DNA from: a virus | Taxonomy: Duplodnaviria > Caudoviricetes | Virus record (IMG/VR): IMGVR_UViG_3300022689_000070 | Coordinates: 1 to 52,458 of that record | Length of the DNA stretch: 52,458 nucleotides | Strand: one strand, 5' to 3' | Shown: positions 1-8,037 of the stretch, one piece after another | How the letters are laid out: each line of letters starts with the position of its first letter | Numbering within the stretch: the first letter of the stretch is position 1 | Position numbers and translations under genes: made by a program | The notes under the pieces: generated by a model | Told to the model about the DNA's origin: nothing | What the model saw: only the letters and a program-made list of their open reading frames with translations | Database searches by the model: none

Positions 1-99
1 GCCCACCATTAACAGGAGATAGATAATGAGTGATGTTAAGAAACTCATGGAACAGGAGATGGAAAAAATAGAACTGTGTTGGTTTTGGTGTAAAGACAC
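1..99. repeat. Terminal direct repeat / circular assembly overlap (copy 1)
   Basis: 1-99 is identical to 52360-52458; 99 nt matches a typical assembler k-mer overlap. Confidence 0.95.
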
Positions 100-415
100 A
101 AACACTAAAGTTGTCGCAAAGAAATATGTTGTTAACCAAGTCACCGAACTCGCCAAACAAATAGACAAGCTACAAGAGCAAAAAACTTGCCCACACATCA
201 TTAGTGCCGACGAAGGAACAAGCTATTGCGACTTGGCGTATAAGACTGCGGAGGAGTTTAAGAAGCTACAGGCAGAGCGTGACCAGTTAAGGGATTTAAT
301 AGGTCACATGTGGGTACATAATGGCTATGAAGATTGTGGGAAGAAGCAAATGACTACCAAGCAAAAGAAACTGTATGAAGAAGTAATAGCACAGCAAACA
401 GAGGACAAGCCATGA
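26..415 (+). CDS. Hypothetical protein with coiled-coil segments
   Basis: 129-aa ORF, AGGAG RBS upstream, ATGA overlap with next gene. Confidence 0.75.
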   Translation: MSDVKKLMEQEMEKIELCWFWCKDTNTKVVAKKYVVNQVTELAKQIDKLQEQKTCPHIISADEGTSYCDLAYKTAEEFKKLQAERDQLRDLIGHMWVHNGYEDCGKKQMTTKQKKLYEEVIAQQTEDKP

Positions 416-762
416 ACAACATGACAGATAGAGAACTGGCGATAGCGGTCGCGGAGAAGTTTGGGTATTTCGTTGCAACGCCTATTACAGAGGCAAGCGA
501 CGAGTATATAATGATAAACAGCTACTTATGGACTGTTGACCAATACCTTAAACACAGAGCCGCTGACATTTTGTTCGACCAGACCAAAGACAAGAACGGG
601 CTGACTAATGCGGAGAGGGTTGATGATTGGTTGTGGCAGTTTTATATCGCCAATCAAGACGAGGGCGAATCATGTTTGGCTGGAAGGAACGTGGCTGCAT
701 GGTGGCGCACCATAACACCACGCAAGGTGCTGGAAGTGTATTTAGAACTGGAGAGTGAGTGA
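412..762 (+). CDS. Hypothetical phage protein
   Basis: 116-aa ORF, GAGGA RBS, translational coupling at both ends. Confidence 0.7.
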   Translation: MNNMTDRELAIAVAEKFGYFVATPITEASDEYIMINSYLWTVDQYLKHRAADILFDQTKDKNGLTNAERVDDWLWQFYIANQDEGESCLAGRNVAAWWRTITPRKVLEVYLELESE

Positions 763-863
763 TGAAATATTATTGCCGTCCAGCACTACACTTAAAGCCA
801 AGAGGTATTTGGCAATACGAACCTATTTGGATAACAAACCTGCAAGGCTACTACGGAGCGTGA
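762..863 (+). CDS. Small hypothetical protein (33 aa, MKYYCRPALHLKPRGIWQYEPIWITNLQGYYGA)
   Basis: Read manually; GGAG RBS, TGATG coupling to both neighbours; absent from the ORF track. Confidence 0.5.
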   Translation: MKYYCRPALHLKPRGIWQYEPIWITNLQGYYGA

Positions 864-1333
864 TGATGGATAGAATAATAATAGAAAGAATTGAAAGTAA
901 ATCAGAGTACATAACTGAGACCGGCTGCTTAATATTTACCGGCTCACAAGACGCTCATGGTTATGGGCGTATAAGATGGAAGGGTAAAACCATGCGTGCT
1001 CACAGGCTTAACTACATTTCTCGTTACGGAAGTTTGCCAAAAGGAATGTTCGTTCTTCACAAATGCGACATCCCATCATGCGTTAATATTAACCATCTTT
1101 ATGTCGGGACGCACAGCCAAAACATGTTGGACAGGTCAAATAGAGGTGGTTTTATATATCCGTCTGGCCAAGACCATTGGAGCGCAAAATTAACTGAACA
1201 TGACGTGATTGAGATAAGAAAAAAATGTGCCGAAGGAAAGATGACACAAACAGAAATAGCAAAACAATATGGCGTGAGGGATTCAGTAATAACTAACATC
1301 AAAAAACGTAAAACATGGAGCCACGTTAAATGA
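863..1333 (+). CDS. HNH homing endonuclease with C-terminal HTH
   Basis: GCLIFTG..GYG..RAHR..VLHKCDIPSCVNINHL..GTHSQNM motif, then AKLTE..EIAKQYGV; likely start is ATG 863 after GGAG (track start 755). Confidence 0.9.
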   Translation: MMDRIIIERIESKSEYITETGCLIFTGSQDAHGYGRIRWKGKTMRAHRLNYISRYGSLPKGMFVLHKCDIPSCVNINHLYVGTHSQNMLDRSNRGGFIYPSGQDHWSAKLTEHDVIEIRKKCAEGKMTQTEIAKQYGVRDSVITNIKKRKTWSHVK

Positions 1334-1479
1334 ATATCTCAGACGAACAGATTAGAGAGATTGCGGAAAAATGGGAATGCGCATATCAAAGCAACGACTG
1401 TTATGCTTTTGAAAAGTGCATCCGTGAAGCCTTGAAGCTACAACAGAATAAGATAGCGGGTAAGGTGATACATGAATAA
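1330..1479 (+). CDS. Small hypothetical protein (49 aa), paralog of the next gene
   Basis: Read manually: MNISDEQIREIAEKW...CIREALKLQQNKIA, similar to 1472..1678. Confidence 0.65.
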   Translation: MNISDEQIREIAEKWECAYQSNDCYAFEKCIREALKLQQNKIAGKVIHE

Positions 1480-1678
1480 CGAACAGATTAAAGAGATAGC
1501 AGATAAATATGACAAGTTGTCTTGTGGTTTTTGTAGTCAAGAATTTTATCGCAAAGCTATACGTGAAGCCTTGGAGTTACAGCGGAATGAAATAGCGGAT
1601 TGGTTATGTAGCCAAACCTACAGCGAGACAAGTCAACTGGCTAAGGTGGCAGAAAAAATCAGGAATGGTGAGATATGA
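1472..1678 (+). CDS. Small hypothetical protein
   Basis: 68-aa ORF with AAGGTGA RBS, coupled to the replication gene. Confidence 0.7.
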   Translation: MNNEQIKEIADKYDKLSCGFCSQEFYRKAIREALELQRNEIADWLCSQTYSETSQLAKVAEKIRNGEI

Positions 1679-2439
1679 GTATTAAGGTGCAGACACAGGT
1701 GTGGACATACTACCCCGGAAGCGGGACAGAATTGTTACTGGCTTTGGCCGTTGCAGATTTTGCTGATGACGAAGGTGCTGGTATCTGGCCGAGCGTAGAA
1801 ACGCTGGCAAAAAAAGTGCGATGTTCCGATCGTCAGGTTAGCAGGATAATCAGTGGTATGGTGAACAAGGGTTTTTTGTTGTTGGTTTCAGAGGCAAACA
1901 CAAAAAGAAAAACCCGTGAGTACGCCATCAACCTGTCATACCTGATGAATCAGAAAGAAACGGAATCAAACAGCATGAAAAAAGGTGAAACTCCTACCCC
2001 TGACAAAATGTCGGGGGGACAAATAGGGCAGCTACCCCTGACAAATGACGCACATACCCCTGACACCCATGTCACCCGATCCATTATTAACCATAAAGAA
2101 CCACCAACTGTAGGGAAGCGCAAGCGCATTCCCACCCGCGAAGAGGTGACTGAACACTGGAAACAAAAAGAATTGAACGGGGACCCGGGTGAGTTTTACG
2201 ACTACTGGGACAGTTTAGGCTGGAAGCGTGGGAAGACGCCTATCCAGAAATGGAAGGCGTGCGCGGCAACATGGTCCCGCAATCAGAAAAGGTTTGGTGA
2301 CAGGCAAAAGAAAAAAACAGCCATCCCGATGAACGATGACAGGGCAATGATGAGGTTGTGTCAGGAGCACGGCATACAAACGAGAGGGAAGACCAAGTGG
2401 GAGCTGAAAGACAAACTGGAGGCAAAAATAAATGGCTAA
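1675..2439 (+). CDS. Phage replication initiator (N-terminal winged HTH, lambda O-like position)
   Basis: LLLALAVADFADDEG..WPSVETLAKKVRCSDRQV HTH signature; C-terminal FYDYWDSLGW..KWKA motif; internal iterons. Confidence 0.85.
   Translation: MSIKVQTQVWTYYPGSGTELLLALAVADFADDEGAGIWPSVETLAKKVRCSDRQVSRIISGMVNKGFLLLVSEANTKRKTREYAINLSYLMNQKETESNSMKKGETPTPDKMSGGQIGQLPLTNDAHTPDTHVTRSIINHKEPPTVGKRKRIPTREEVTEHWKQKELNGDPGEFYDYWDSLGWKRGKTPIQKWKACAATWSRNQKRFGDRQKKKTAIPMNDDRAMMRLCQEHGIQTRGKTKWELKDKLEAKING
1995..2065 (+). repeat. Putative replication origin iterons: 3x TACCCCTGACA
   Basis: Exact 11-mers at 1995, 2033 and 2055, two with a TGACA-N3-4-TGTC partial palindrome, followed by an AT-rich stretch; lambdoid origins lie inside the initiator gene. 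Confidence 0.75.
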
Positions 2440-2800
2440 AAAAGAAGACCAGTGGTCCGCATCATCAAACGGAAAATGCACGGATCCGGGGTGTATATTC
2501 CCAGTTCAGGTAGACGGTCTCTGCTCAAAACACTACCAACTGCGTTGTAAGAAAGTTAAAAAAATTCACTGGACAGACGCGATTATTGACGAGGCGGTTG
2601 CCAACGACACCTACAAAAAACCCAAGCCCGGGACGCTGGCTAAGCTTGTGAATGACCGGCGCCCTGAGAGAGTCTCTCGCTACCAGCCTGTGGACTATGA
2701 CGAGCAGGAGTTGCTGAGGCAGCTGCCACCGGCCCTTGACCCCAGCGAGAGAGAGGAGATGACCCTCGAGGACCTGAAGCGGATGCACGGCGATGGCTAG
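2432..2800 (+). CDS. Hypothetical protein with N-terminal CxxxxC...CxxH Zn-finger-like motif
   Basis: 122-aa ORF overlapping both neighbours. Confidence 0.7.
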   Translation: MAKKEDQWSASSNGKCTDPGCIFPVQVDGLCSKHYQLRCKKVKKIHWTDAIIDEAVANDTYKKPKPGTLAKLVNDRRPERVSRYQPVDYDEQELLRQLPPALDPSEREEMTLEDLKRMHGDG

Positions 2801-3179
2801 ATGGAAAAAAAATAAGTACAACAACAAGCGAGTGTACGACTGCGACCACTGCGATATGTACCATGTAGAGAGCAAGCCAGAAAAATGCGTGTGTGGCCGT
2901 TCTGATTACACGGTGTTTGACTCATGGAAAGAGTTTACGCGCTGGGCTGAGCTTAAACTGCAGGAGCGTGCCGGTATGATCAAGAGCCTGAAACGACAAG
3001 TGAGGATGCCTATCTACATAAACGGTTTGAAAGTTTTTTCCTATGTCGCAGATTTCGATTATTACACCCACGACGACCAGCATATCGTGGAGGATTCCAA
3101 GGGCATGGAGACGGACACATTCCGCTTGAAGAAAAAATGCGTTGAGGCTTATTATGGGCTTCACATTAAAATCACATGA
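2793..3179 (+). CDS. DUF1064-family PD-(D/E)xK endonuclease
   Basis: FDSWKE..RWAELKL..RQV..YVADFDY..VEDSKG..FRLKKK signature. Confidence 0.88.
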   Translation: MARWKKNKYNNKRVYDCDHCDMYHVESKPEKCVCGRSDYTVFDSWKEFTRWAELKLQERAGMIKSLKRQVRMPIYINGLKVFSYVADFDYYTHDDQHIVEDSKGMETDTFRLKKKCVEAYYGLHIKIT

Positions 3180-3187
3180 GGACAGCC

Positions 3188-3556
3188 ATGAGCGACCCAC
3201 AGACACAAAGTGATGATATTCATCGCACCGAAGAGAACAAGCAGGAAGAGTTTGATCCGAAGCAAGCGCTGAATGGCCTGCGGTCTACTGGCATGAAGCA
3301 GAAAGTCATAGACCACTTTGAAAAAATGAAGCAGTTGGAAGAACAGCGGTCCGCTATCAACGACCAGCTTGCCGCTGAGCGTTCCAAGATGGAGGCGGAA
3401 GGCATTCCCAAGGAAGCTGTCAAGATTGCCTACAGGCTCTACAAGATGGATCTTGACAAGGTCCAATCAAATGTTATCGGCGTTGCATTATGTATGGATG
3501 CTACCGAGCTGCCCGTACAGATTGACTTCCTCGATAACGTAACCAAGTTGCACTAG
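3188..3556 (+). CDS. GapR/DUF2312-like (T4 DsbA-like) dsDNA-binding protein
   Basis: QLEEQRSAINDQL..MEAEGIPKEAVKIAYRLYKMD pattern; start moved to ATG 3188 after GAGGA. Confidence 0.65.
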   Translation: MSDPQTQSDDIHRTEENKQEEFDPKQALNGLRSTGMKQKVIDHFEKMKQLEEQRSAINDQLAAERSKMEAEGIPKEAVKIAYRLYKMDLDKVQSNVIGVALCMDATELPVQIDFLDNVTKLH

Positions 3557-3562
3557 CAATAT

Positions 3563-3615
3563 GGGACCCGGTGGTTACCGCCACCCATCACGCCGTAGTG
3601 ATGTCCGTGGGTCCC
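3563..3615 (+). other. Intergenic three-way-junction RNA structure
   Basis: GGGACCC/GGGTCCC closing stem with inner hairpins GGTGG/CCACC and CATCAC/GTGATG. Confidence 0.5.
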
Positions 3616-3634
3616 TCCTTTTAACCGGAGAACA

Positions 3635-4072
3635 GTGATGAAGTATATGTTTATAACCAACGTCGAATACCAACTTCTGGATCGCCCAATCATAGAGATC
3701 CTTGATATGCCACCCCTTGATGCTTACACGTTTACAAACGAAAAAGGGTTGCAAGGTGTTAGCACGACAGAAGCCCTAAGCAAGCAAACTATTAAAGCCC
3801 AGCACTTTGTTAACAGACTGGAGGGTCTGGATATTTGGGTGGGTTGTCATCCTCGCGTTGCTGATGCGTTACGCATTCAAGTCGAATGCTGGGGCATAAT
3901 GAATGAAGAGATAAATAAATTAAGCAGCGACTGCTACAAACTAAGAATAAAAAACCGTAAATTAAAAACAACAAAAAGGAACAACGATTTCTGGACGATA
4001 TTCAACCAATACGTCGAGGAAGTATTCACCAACCTTAACCACCAGATAGACGCGATGCCGGGAGTGCAGTGA
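3635..4072 (+). CDS. Hypothetical protein
   Basis: 145-aa ORF with GGAGAACAGTGATG start motif. Confidence 0.7.
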   Translation: MMKYMFITNVEYQLLDRPIIEILDMPPLDAYTFTNEKGLQGVSTTEALSKQTIKAQHFVNRLEGLDIWVGCHPRVADALRIQVECWGIMNEEINKLSSDCYKLRIKNRKLKTTKRNNDFWTIFNQYVEEVFTNLNHQIDAMPGVQ

Positions 4073-4257
4073 TGAAATCAGACCTAGAAGAACAGAAGCG
4101 CCAGATAGATAAAACCTACCAAGAGTACCTTTCGCAGCTGAATACGCTGCGCCTGAGAGGCTACGACTATTACCCAGACATTGATGGACCGTTTACGTGC
4201 GTACAGCTGATTGATAGCCAGATACGTCCTTACGGTGGCTTCAATGCCAAAGGGTGA
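4069..4257 (+). CDS. Small hypothetical protein
   Basis: 62 aa, GGAGTGCAGTGATG start motif. Confidence 0.65.
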   Translation: MMKSDLEEQKRQIDKTYQEYLSQLNTLRLRGYDYYPDIDGPFTCVQLIDSQIRPYGGFNAKG

Positions 4258-4489
4258 TTGGGCACGGGGCGACAAGTATTTTATAAAACATCCGACCGGC
4301 GCCACGATAAGCTGGGATGATAGCAAGGCATATGTTTTGTTATGGGTGGATAAAAAATCTTATCGTTTCCCGAACGCTACCATAGCCATCAAGGCTTTCG
4401 ATAAACTTAAGAAAAGACCGCACGACCAGACCGTGGAAGAATGGCTGGCTGATTACGAGGCGGCACTACAGGAGAACAGTGATGAGTGA
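4244..4489 (+). CDS. Hypothetical protein
   Basis: Likely start at ATG 4244 (MPKGDW) after GGTGG; fills the operon gap. Confidence 0.55.
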   Translation: MPKGDWARGDKYFIKHPTGATISWDDSKAYVLLWVDKKSYRFPNATIAIKAFDKLKKRPHDQTVEEWLADYEAALQENSDE

Positions 4490-4763
4490 TGAAGAAAGCT
4501 ACACAGCGAAAGACCTTATCAAGCACATGACTGAGGTGCAGGACGATATGATCAGCTGCTGCTTTAATCACAGTATCGACATAGAAGCCGCTCACGGGCT
4601 TAAACCTTACGACGTGCTGGTGCTGGCCCAGATGAGCATACTCGCCTTTTCTTACTACGCCGCAGAGGTAGTGGATGAACACACGCTAGTGACCATGTTG
4701 AAAAACTCAGCGGTTAAAGCAAAGGAGATACTTGACCATGGCGAAAATAAAACAGTCCACTAA
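4479..4763 (+). CDS. Hypothetical protein
   Basis: 94 aa, GGAGAACAGTGATG start motif. Confidence 0.7.
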   Translation: MMSDEESYTAKDLIKHMTEVQDDMISCCFNHSIDIEAAHGLKPYDVLVLAQMSILAFSYYAAEVVDEHTLVTMLKNSAVKAKEILDHGENKTVH

Positions 4764-5100
4764 GCATAAACAGTGGCTGCAGACCGTCGTTGAGTTCGCA
4801 GCGAAGCATGGGCCGGTGGTAAAAGGCCATGGCCGGGTCCAGATACATCACGTAGTGGGTCCGACGTATGTGCATAACAAGGTCCCAATCGGGCACTGGT
4901 TTTTATTGCCGTTGCCATTCGAGCTGCACGACGTGTCATCCAATCATCCGTGTAACGTCACTCACTTCCGTAAGCGCTTCACTGAAGAGCACGGGGAGCA
5001 ACGCATACTGTTTGAGTTGATGTGCGAAATCATACGCGCTGAGGGCGGCACGCTCCCGCCTGATGAAGCCCTGCAGGCAATACAGCAAACGAGGTACTGA
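4738..5100 (+). CDS. DUF968/Ref-like HNH-fold protein (Zn-binding cysteines degenerate)
   Basis: QIHHVVG..GHWFLLPL..LH..F...HG pattern typical of lambdoid nin-region proteins. Confidence 0.6.
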   Translation: MAKIKQSTKHKQWLQTVVEFAAKHGPVVKGHGRVQIHHVVGPTYVHNKVPIGHWFLLPLPFELHDVSSNHPCNVTHFRKRFTEEHGEQRILFELMCEIIRAEGGTLPPDEALQAIQQTRY

Positions 5101-5101
5101 T

Positions 5102-5542
5102 ATGCCGATATTAAACTACACTACCAGCGTAAAGGCAGAAAAAACGGTGAGTGAAATACAGAAAGCACTTGCTAAATCGGGCGCATCAAAAGTGATGTCC
5201 GAGTATGACGGCGAAGGGATATTGAAACACCTTTCATTCCAAATTGTCTGCAATAACATACCTGTTTTTTTCAGGCTTCCCGCACGTATAGATAACATCT
5301 ACGTCATCCTGCAGAACGATTCCGAGGTGCCCCGGAAATTAAAATCGCGTGAGCAAGCGAGCCGGGTAGCGTGGCGCATCATCAAGAACTGGATCGAGGC
5401 ACAGCTTGCGCTTGTTGAGGCAGAGCAGGCAGATATGGTAGAAGTCTTTTTGCCTTATGCACAGACTCATGGAGGCGACACGATATATCAGCTCGTCATG
5501 TCGAACCAACAAAAAATGTTAGGAGCACCAGATGGCAAGTAG
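5102..5542 (+). CDS. Conserved hypothetical phage protein
   Basis: MPILNYTT..EIQK.L..EQASRVAWRIIKNWIEAQLA pattern; GAGGT RBS before ATG 5102. Confidence 0.75.
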   Translation: MPILNYTTSVKAEKTVSEIQKALAKSGASKVMSEYDGEGILKHLSFQIVCNNIPVFFRLPARIDNIYVILQNDSEVPRKLKSREQASRVAWRIIKNWIEAQLALVEAEQADMVEVFLPYAQTHGGDTIYQLVMSNQQKMLGAPDGK

Positions 5543-6071
5543 AGACAGTGATGAGTACGGCACGCCACAAGGATTGTTCGATGTCCTGCACGATATGTTC
5601 AATTTTGAATTGGATGTCTGTGCGAGTTCAGTTAATCAGAAAGGTGTTGAGTACTGGACAAAGGAGGATAACTGCTTAACCAAGGACTGGCCCAAGGCCC
5701 CGGTGTTCATGAACCCGCCCTATTCGTCAGGTAATATAGGGAAGTTCATGGCAAAGGCCGTGGAGAGTTCCAAGACTGGTAGTCTGGTGGTGGCGCTGGT
5801 CAGGCAAGATCCATCCACAGCATGGTGGCAGTGTTGTGTTCACCCGCATGCAACCTACGTCGCCCAGTTTCGCAAGCGGTTACGGTTTGAGGGTCAGGCA
5901 GAAGGCGCAAATGACGCTTACAACTTCCCGGTGTGCTTAGTGATCTACGGCCCCAAACTTGCGGGACCTCCGACGACGCTATATCTTGACGAGCTTATCG
6001 ATACACTTTATTGGTGGCTCAGTGAAGGAGAGGCAGAAAGACATAGAGCAAGGCTTAAGGCGCTGGGCTGA
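5532..6071 (+). CDS. Phage N6-adenine DNA methyltransferase (Dam-like family)
   Basis: DEYGTP..F..LDVCAS..N..FMNPPYS motif set. Confidence 0.9.
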   Translation: MASRDSDEYGTPQGLFDVLHDMFNFELDVCASSVNQKGVEYWTKEDNCLTKDWPKAPVFMNPPYSSGNIGKFMAKAVESSKTGSLVVALVRQDPSTAWWQCCVHPHATYVAQFRKRLRFEGQAEGANDAYNFPVCLVIYGPKLAGPPTTLYLDELIDTLYWWLSEGEAERHRARLKALG

Positions 6072-6477
6072 GTGGGTTATTGCAAACCAAAAGCAGCTGC
6101 AGGTCCGGGCCGGGTATTCCGTCCCCGCCAGAACCGGGTGGCAATGCAGTAACTGCAAGAAGGAATACATCGAGCCTCCCCGGGACCTCAACAACCGACA
6201 CCAGAACAGATGCACCCGCTGCGGCTACGAGATTAAAGCCACCTTCATTGCCGGCGACTTTAATCACAATGACAAGATGGCGGAAGTCTACAACACCGGT
6301 ATTCAGATCATGCCGGTCGCTCAACGCACCGCTATTGTTTGGAAGTATCTCAGTCAGGAACCCCAGTCTAAGTTTGCCAAGAACCTCGGCGTCAGCACTC
6401 AGCACTTACAGCAGAATTTATCCCGTGCTTACTATTACTTGATGGGTTATCTCGACTGGAGAAAATATAACAAATAA
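6022..6477 (+). CDS. Antitermination Q-like / sigma70 region-4-like regulator with Zn ribbon
   Basis: LRRWAEW N-terminus, CxxC..CxxC, C-terminal HTH (FAKNLGVSTQHLQQNLSRA); last gene of the early-right operon; GTG start inferred. Confidence 0.6.
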   Translation: MKERQKDIEQGLRRWAEWVIANQKQLQVRAGYSVPARTGWQCSNCKKEYIEPPRDLNNRHQNRCTRCGYEIKATFIAGDFNHNDKMAEVYNTGIQIMPVAQRTAIVWKYLSQEPQSKFAKNLGVSTQHLQQNLSRAYYYLMGYLDWRKYNK

Positions 6478-6480
6478 GTG

Positions 6481-6509
6481 TTGAGGGGTGAGGCTTACTG
6501 CTCTACTAT
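6481..6509 (+). promoter_or_regulatory. Sigma70-like promoter in the pR'-like position
   Basis: TTGAGG (6481-6486), 17 bp spacer, TACTAT (6504-6509). Confidence 0.6.
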
Positions 6510-6514
6510 CAACG

Positions 6515-6590
6515 TGTCGATTGGTTATCGACGTCATCACTGTTCGCAGCGCCCCGGGTTGCTCAGCGGCTTCCCGGGGTTGCTGCACTT
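6515..6590 (+). ncRNA. Putative trans-acting antisense small RNA (seed UCAUCACUGUUC)
   Basis: Promoter upstream; hairpin GTCGAT/ATCGAC, unpaired TCATCACTGTTC (6534-6545), GC-rich hairpin 6546-6586; seed complementary to many gene starts. Confidence 0.65.
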
Positions 6591-6592
6591 AA

Positions 6593-7009
6593 TCACTTCA
6601 CTATCTTGAACACGCGTTTCACTCTTTTTCTTTTATGCGGGTTCTCAGTCACATCAACTATTGCCTTGGTCCAGCTATCCACGAACCGGTACCCGGCAAC
6701 AGCAACGTAATGGTTTGTCACGACCACGATGTAAGTTGACTTAAGGTCACGCTCCGGGGCCTGCAGCCACTGGTTAAAAGAGCAGTCACCCCATTCATAA
6801 TCCCAACGGTGACATTGCTTGACCTTGTAACCCAGCTCATGGATGACGCTGGTAAGCTCGTTGCAATACATGCCACGTATCTTTTTCTTTCCTGCATGCT
6901 TCAGCACCTGCTTGTAACTGCAGTTGGTCACGGCCATGATAGCCGTGGGTCCACAGAAGACCTCGGTGTCCTTGGGAAGCTTGGGCTTGTATAGTTTTGC
7001 TCTCATCAC
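6593..7009 (-). CDS. Papain-like/C39-like Cys-His-Asp peptidase-fold protein
   Basis: FCGPTAIMAVT ... YIVVVTNHYVAV...VDSW. Confidence 0.55.
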   Translation of the reverse strand: MMRAKLYKPKLPKDTEVFCGPTAIMAVTNCSYKQVLKHAGKKKIRGMYCNELTSVIHELGYKVKQCHRWDYEWGDCSFNQWLQAPERDLKSTYIVVVTNHYVAVAGYRFVDSWTKAIVDVTENPHKRKRVKRVFKIVK

Positions 7010-7254
7010 TGAGCCTCCTTCAGTATGGTTAATGCACCCTTGGTGATGCCGTGTTGGTTGCCGAAAGACCTGATGCGACGCACGGCCTTCTTCAGCGGGT
7101 AGTCGATGTCACGCAGGTAACGCGCATCGGATTTATTTATCTTGATCACCCGGACCGGGAAGTCTATCGATACACAAGAGATGTACTTGCGCCCCGCCTT
7201 GCTGATGACAACGCGGTGACCATTGTCGTTATGAAGTATTTGTACTTTCATCAC
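7006..7254 (-). CDS. Small basic hypothetical protein
   Basis: 82 aa, GGAGTGCAGTGATG start, coupled to 6593..7009. Confidence 0.7.
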   Translation of the reverse strand: MMKVQILHNDNGHRVVISKAGRKYISCVSIDFPVRVIKINKSDARYLRDIDYPLKKAVRRIRSFGNQHGITKGALTILKEAQ

Positions 7255-7284
7255 TGCACTCCAATTTATTTAAGATGAGGGATT

Positions 7285-7293
7285 ATTATATCA
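7285..7293 (-). promoter_or_regulatory. Extended -10 promoter element for the reverse cassette
   Basis: TGATATAAT (TGnTATAAT) on the minus strand about 30 nt upstream of the 7254 start. Confidence 0.5.
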
Positions 7294-7479
7294 AATGGGT
7301 TTTTGCCAAATTGCACGAAACCCTTGATATGACTCACTTTCCGGCCTGTAACCCGCATAAATACGTGGCCAAAAAAAAGCTTGACTCGATCTACATAGGG
7401 CAAAATGAAGCAATAATTGCGGGGTAGCACCTCTACAAGCTAGTATTGGCGCCATCGAAATTATTTTTCAGGGACTAAA

Positions 7480-8037
7480 ATGGCTGAAGCAGTAAAGAAG
7501 AAACGCCTTGCCAAGAAATCCACCAACAAGAGAGATGACAACTCTTACTGGAAGACGGACCCGCTCACCGGTAAGCGCTACAAGCATATTATTAAAACCT
7601 TCCCCGGTAGGCCTAGGTGCTTTGACGACTCGGGTGTTCTCTGGACTGAGTGTGTTCAATACATCGAGGAATGCGATAGAACCGCTGTCCCGCCTACCAT
7701 GGCCGGCCTCGCTGCCCACATCGGATGCAGCAAAAGAACCCTGAATGAATACATGAAAGGCTCATACGATACGGATGACGCAAATTTTTCTCGCGCTTTA
7801 GAGCTTGCCCGTACTATTATCGAAGACAGAAAGCTACGAGCTGGCCTGCAGAAGTCATTGGACTCAGGGCTAGTTAAGTTTGACCTAATTAATAACCATG
7901 GTTACACCGAGAAAGTGAGCAACGAAGTCACCGGTAAAGATGGTGGCCCTGTTGAGACAAGAGAGGTCTCTGATATGGAGTTTGCCAGACGTATAGCGTG
8001 GTTGTTTCATAATGCAAGCAAAGAGGAAAAGGTATGA
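7480..8037 (+). CDS. terS: Terminase small subunit
   Basis: GRPRCF..PPTMAGLAAHIG..L.EY..FDLINNHGY..VTGKDGGPV, resembling the DNA-packaging gp3-like family; first gene of the late region. Confidence 0.85.
   Translation: MAEAVKKKRLAKKSTNKRDDNSYWKTDPLTGKRYKHIIKTFPGRPRCFDDSGVLWTECVQYIEECDRTAVPPTMAGLAAHIGCSKRTLNEYMKGSYDTDDANFSRALELARTIIEDRKLRAGLQKSLDSGLVKFDLINNHGYTEKVSNEVTGKDGGPVETREVSDMEFARRIAWLFHNASKEEKV

Noticed and set aside
755-862. N-terminal extension of the HNH ORF from GTG 755
   Set aside because: Better explained by a separate coupled 33-aa ORF (762-863), with the HNH starting at 863 after its own GGAG
1995-2065. Short repeats as a mini-CRISPR array
   Set aside because: They are 11-bp repeats with uneven short spacing inside the initiator gene, which fits replication iterons
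7381-7417. Late promoter upstream of terS (TTGACT ... CAAAAT/AATAAT)
   Set aside because: Spacing to either -10 candidate (14 or about 25 bp) is not canonical, so it is not supported well enough to call
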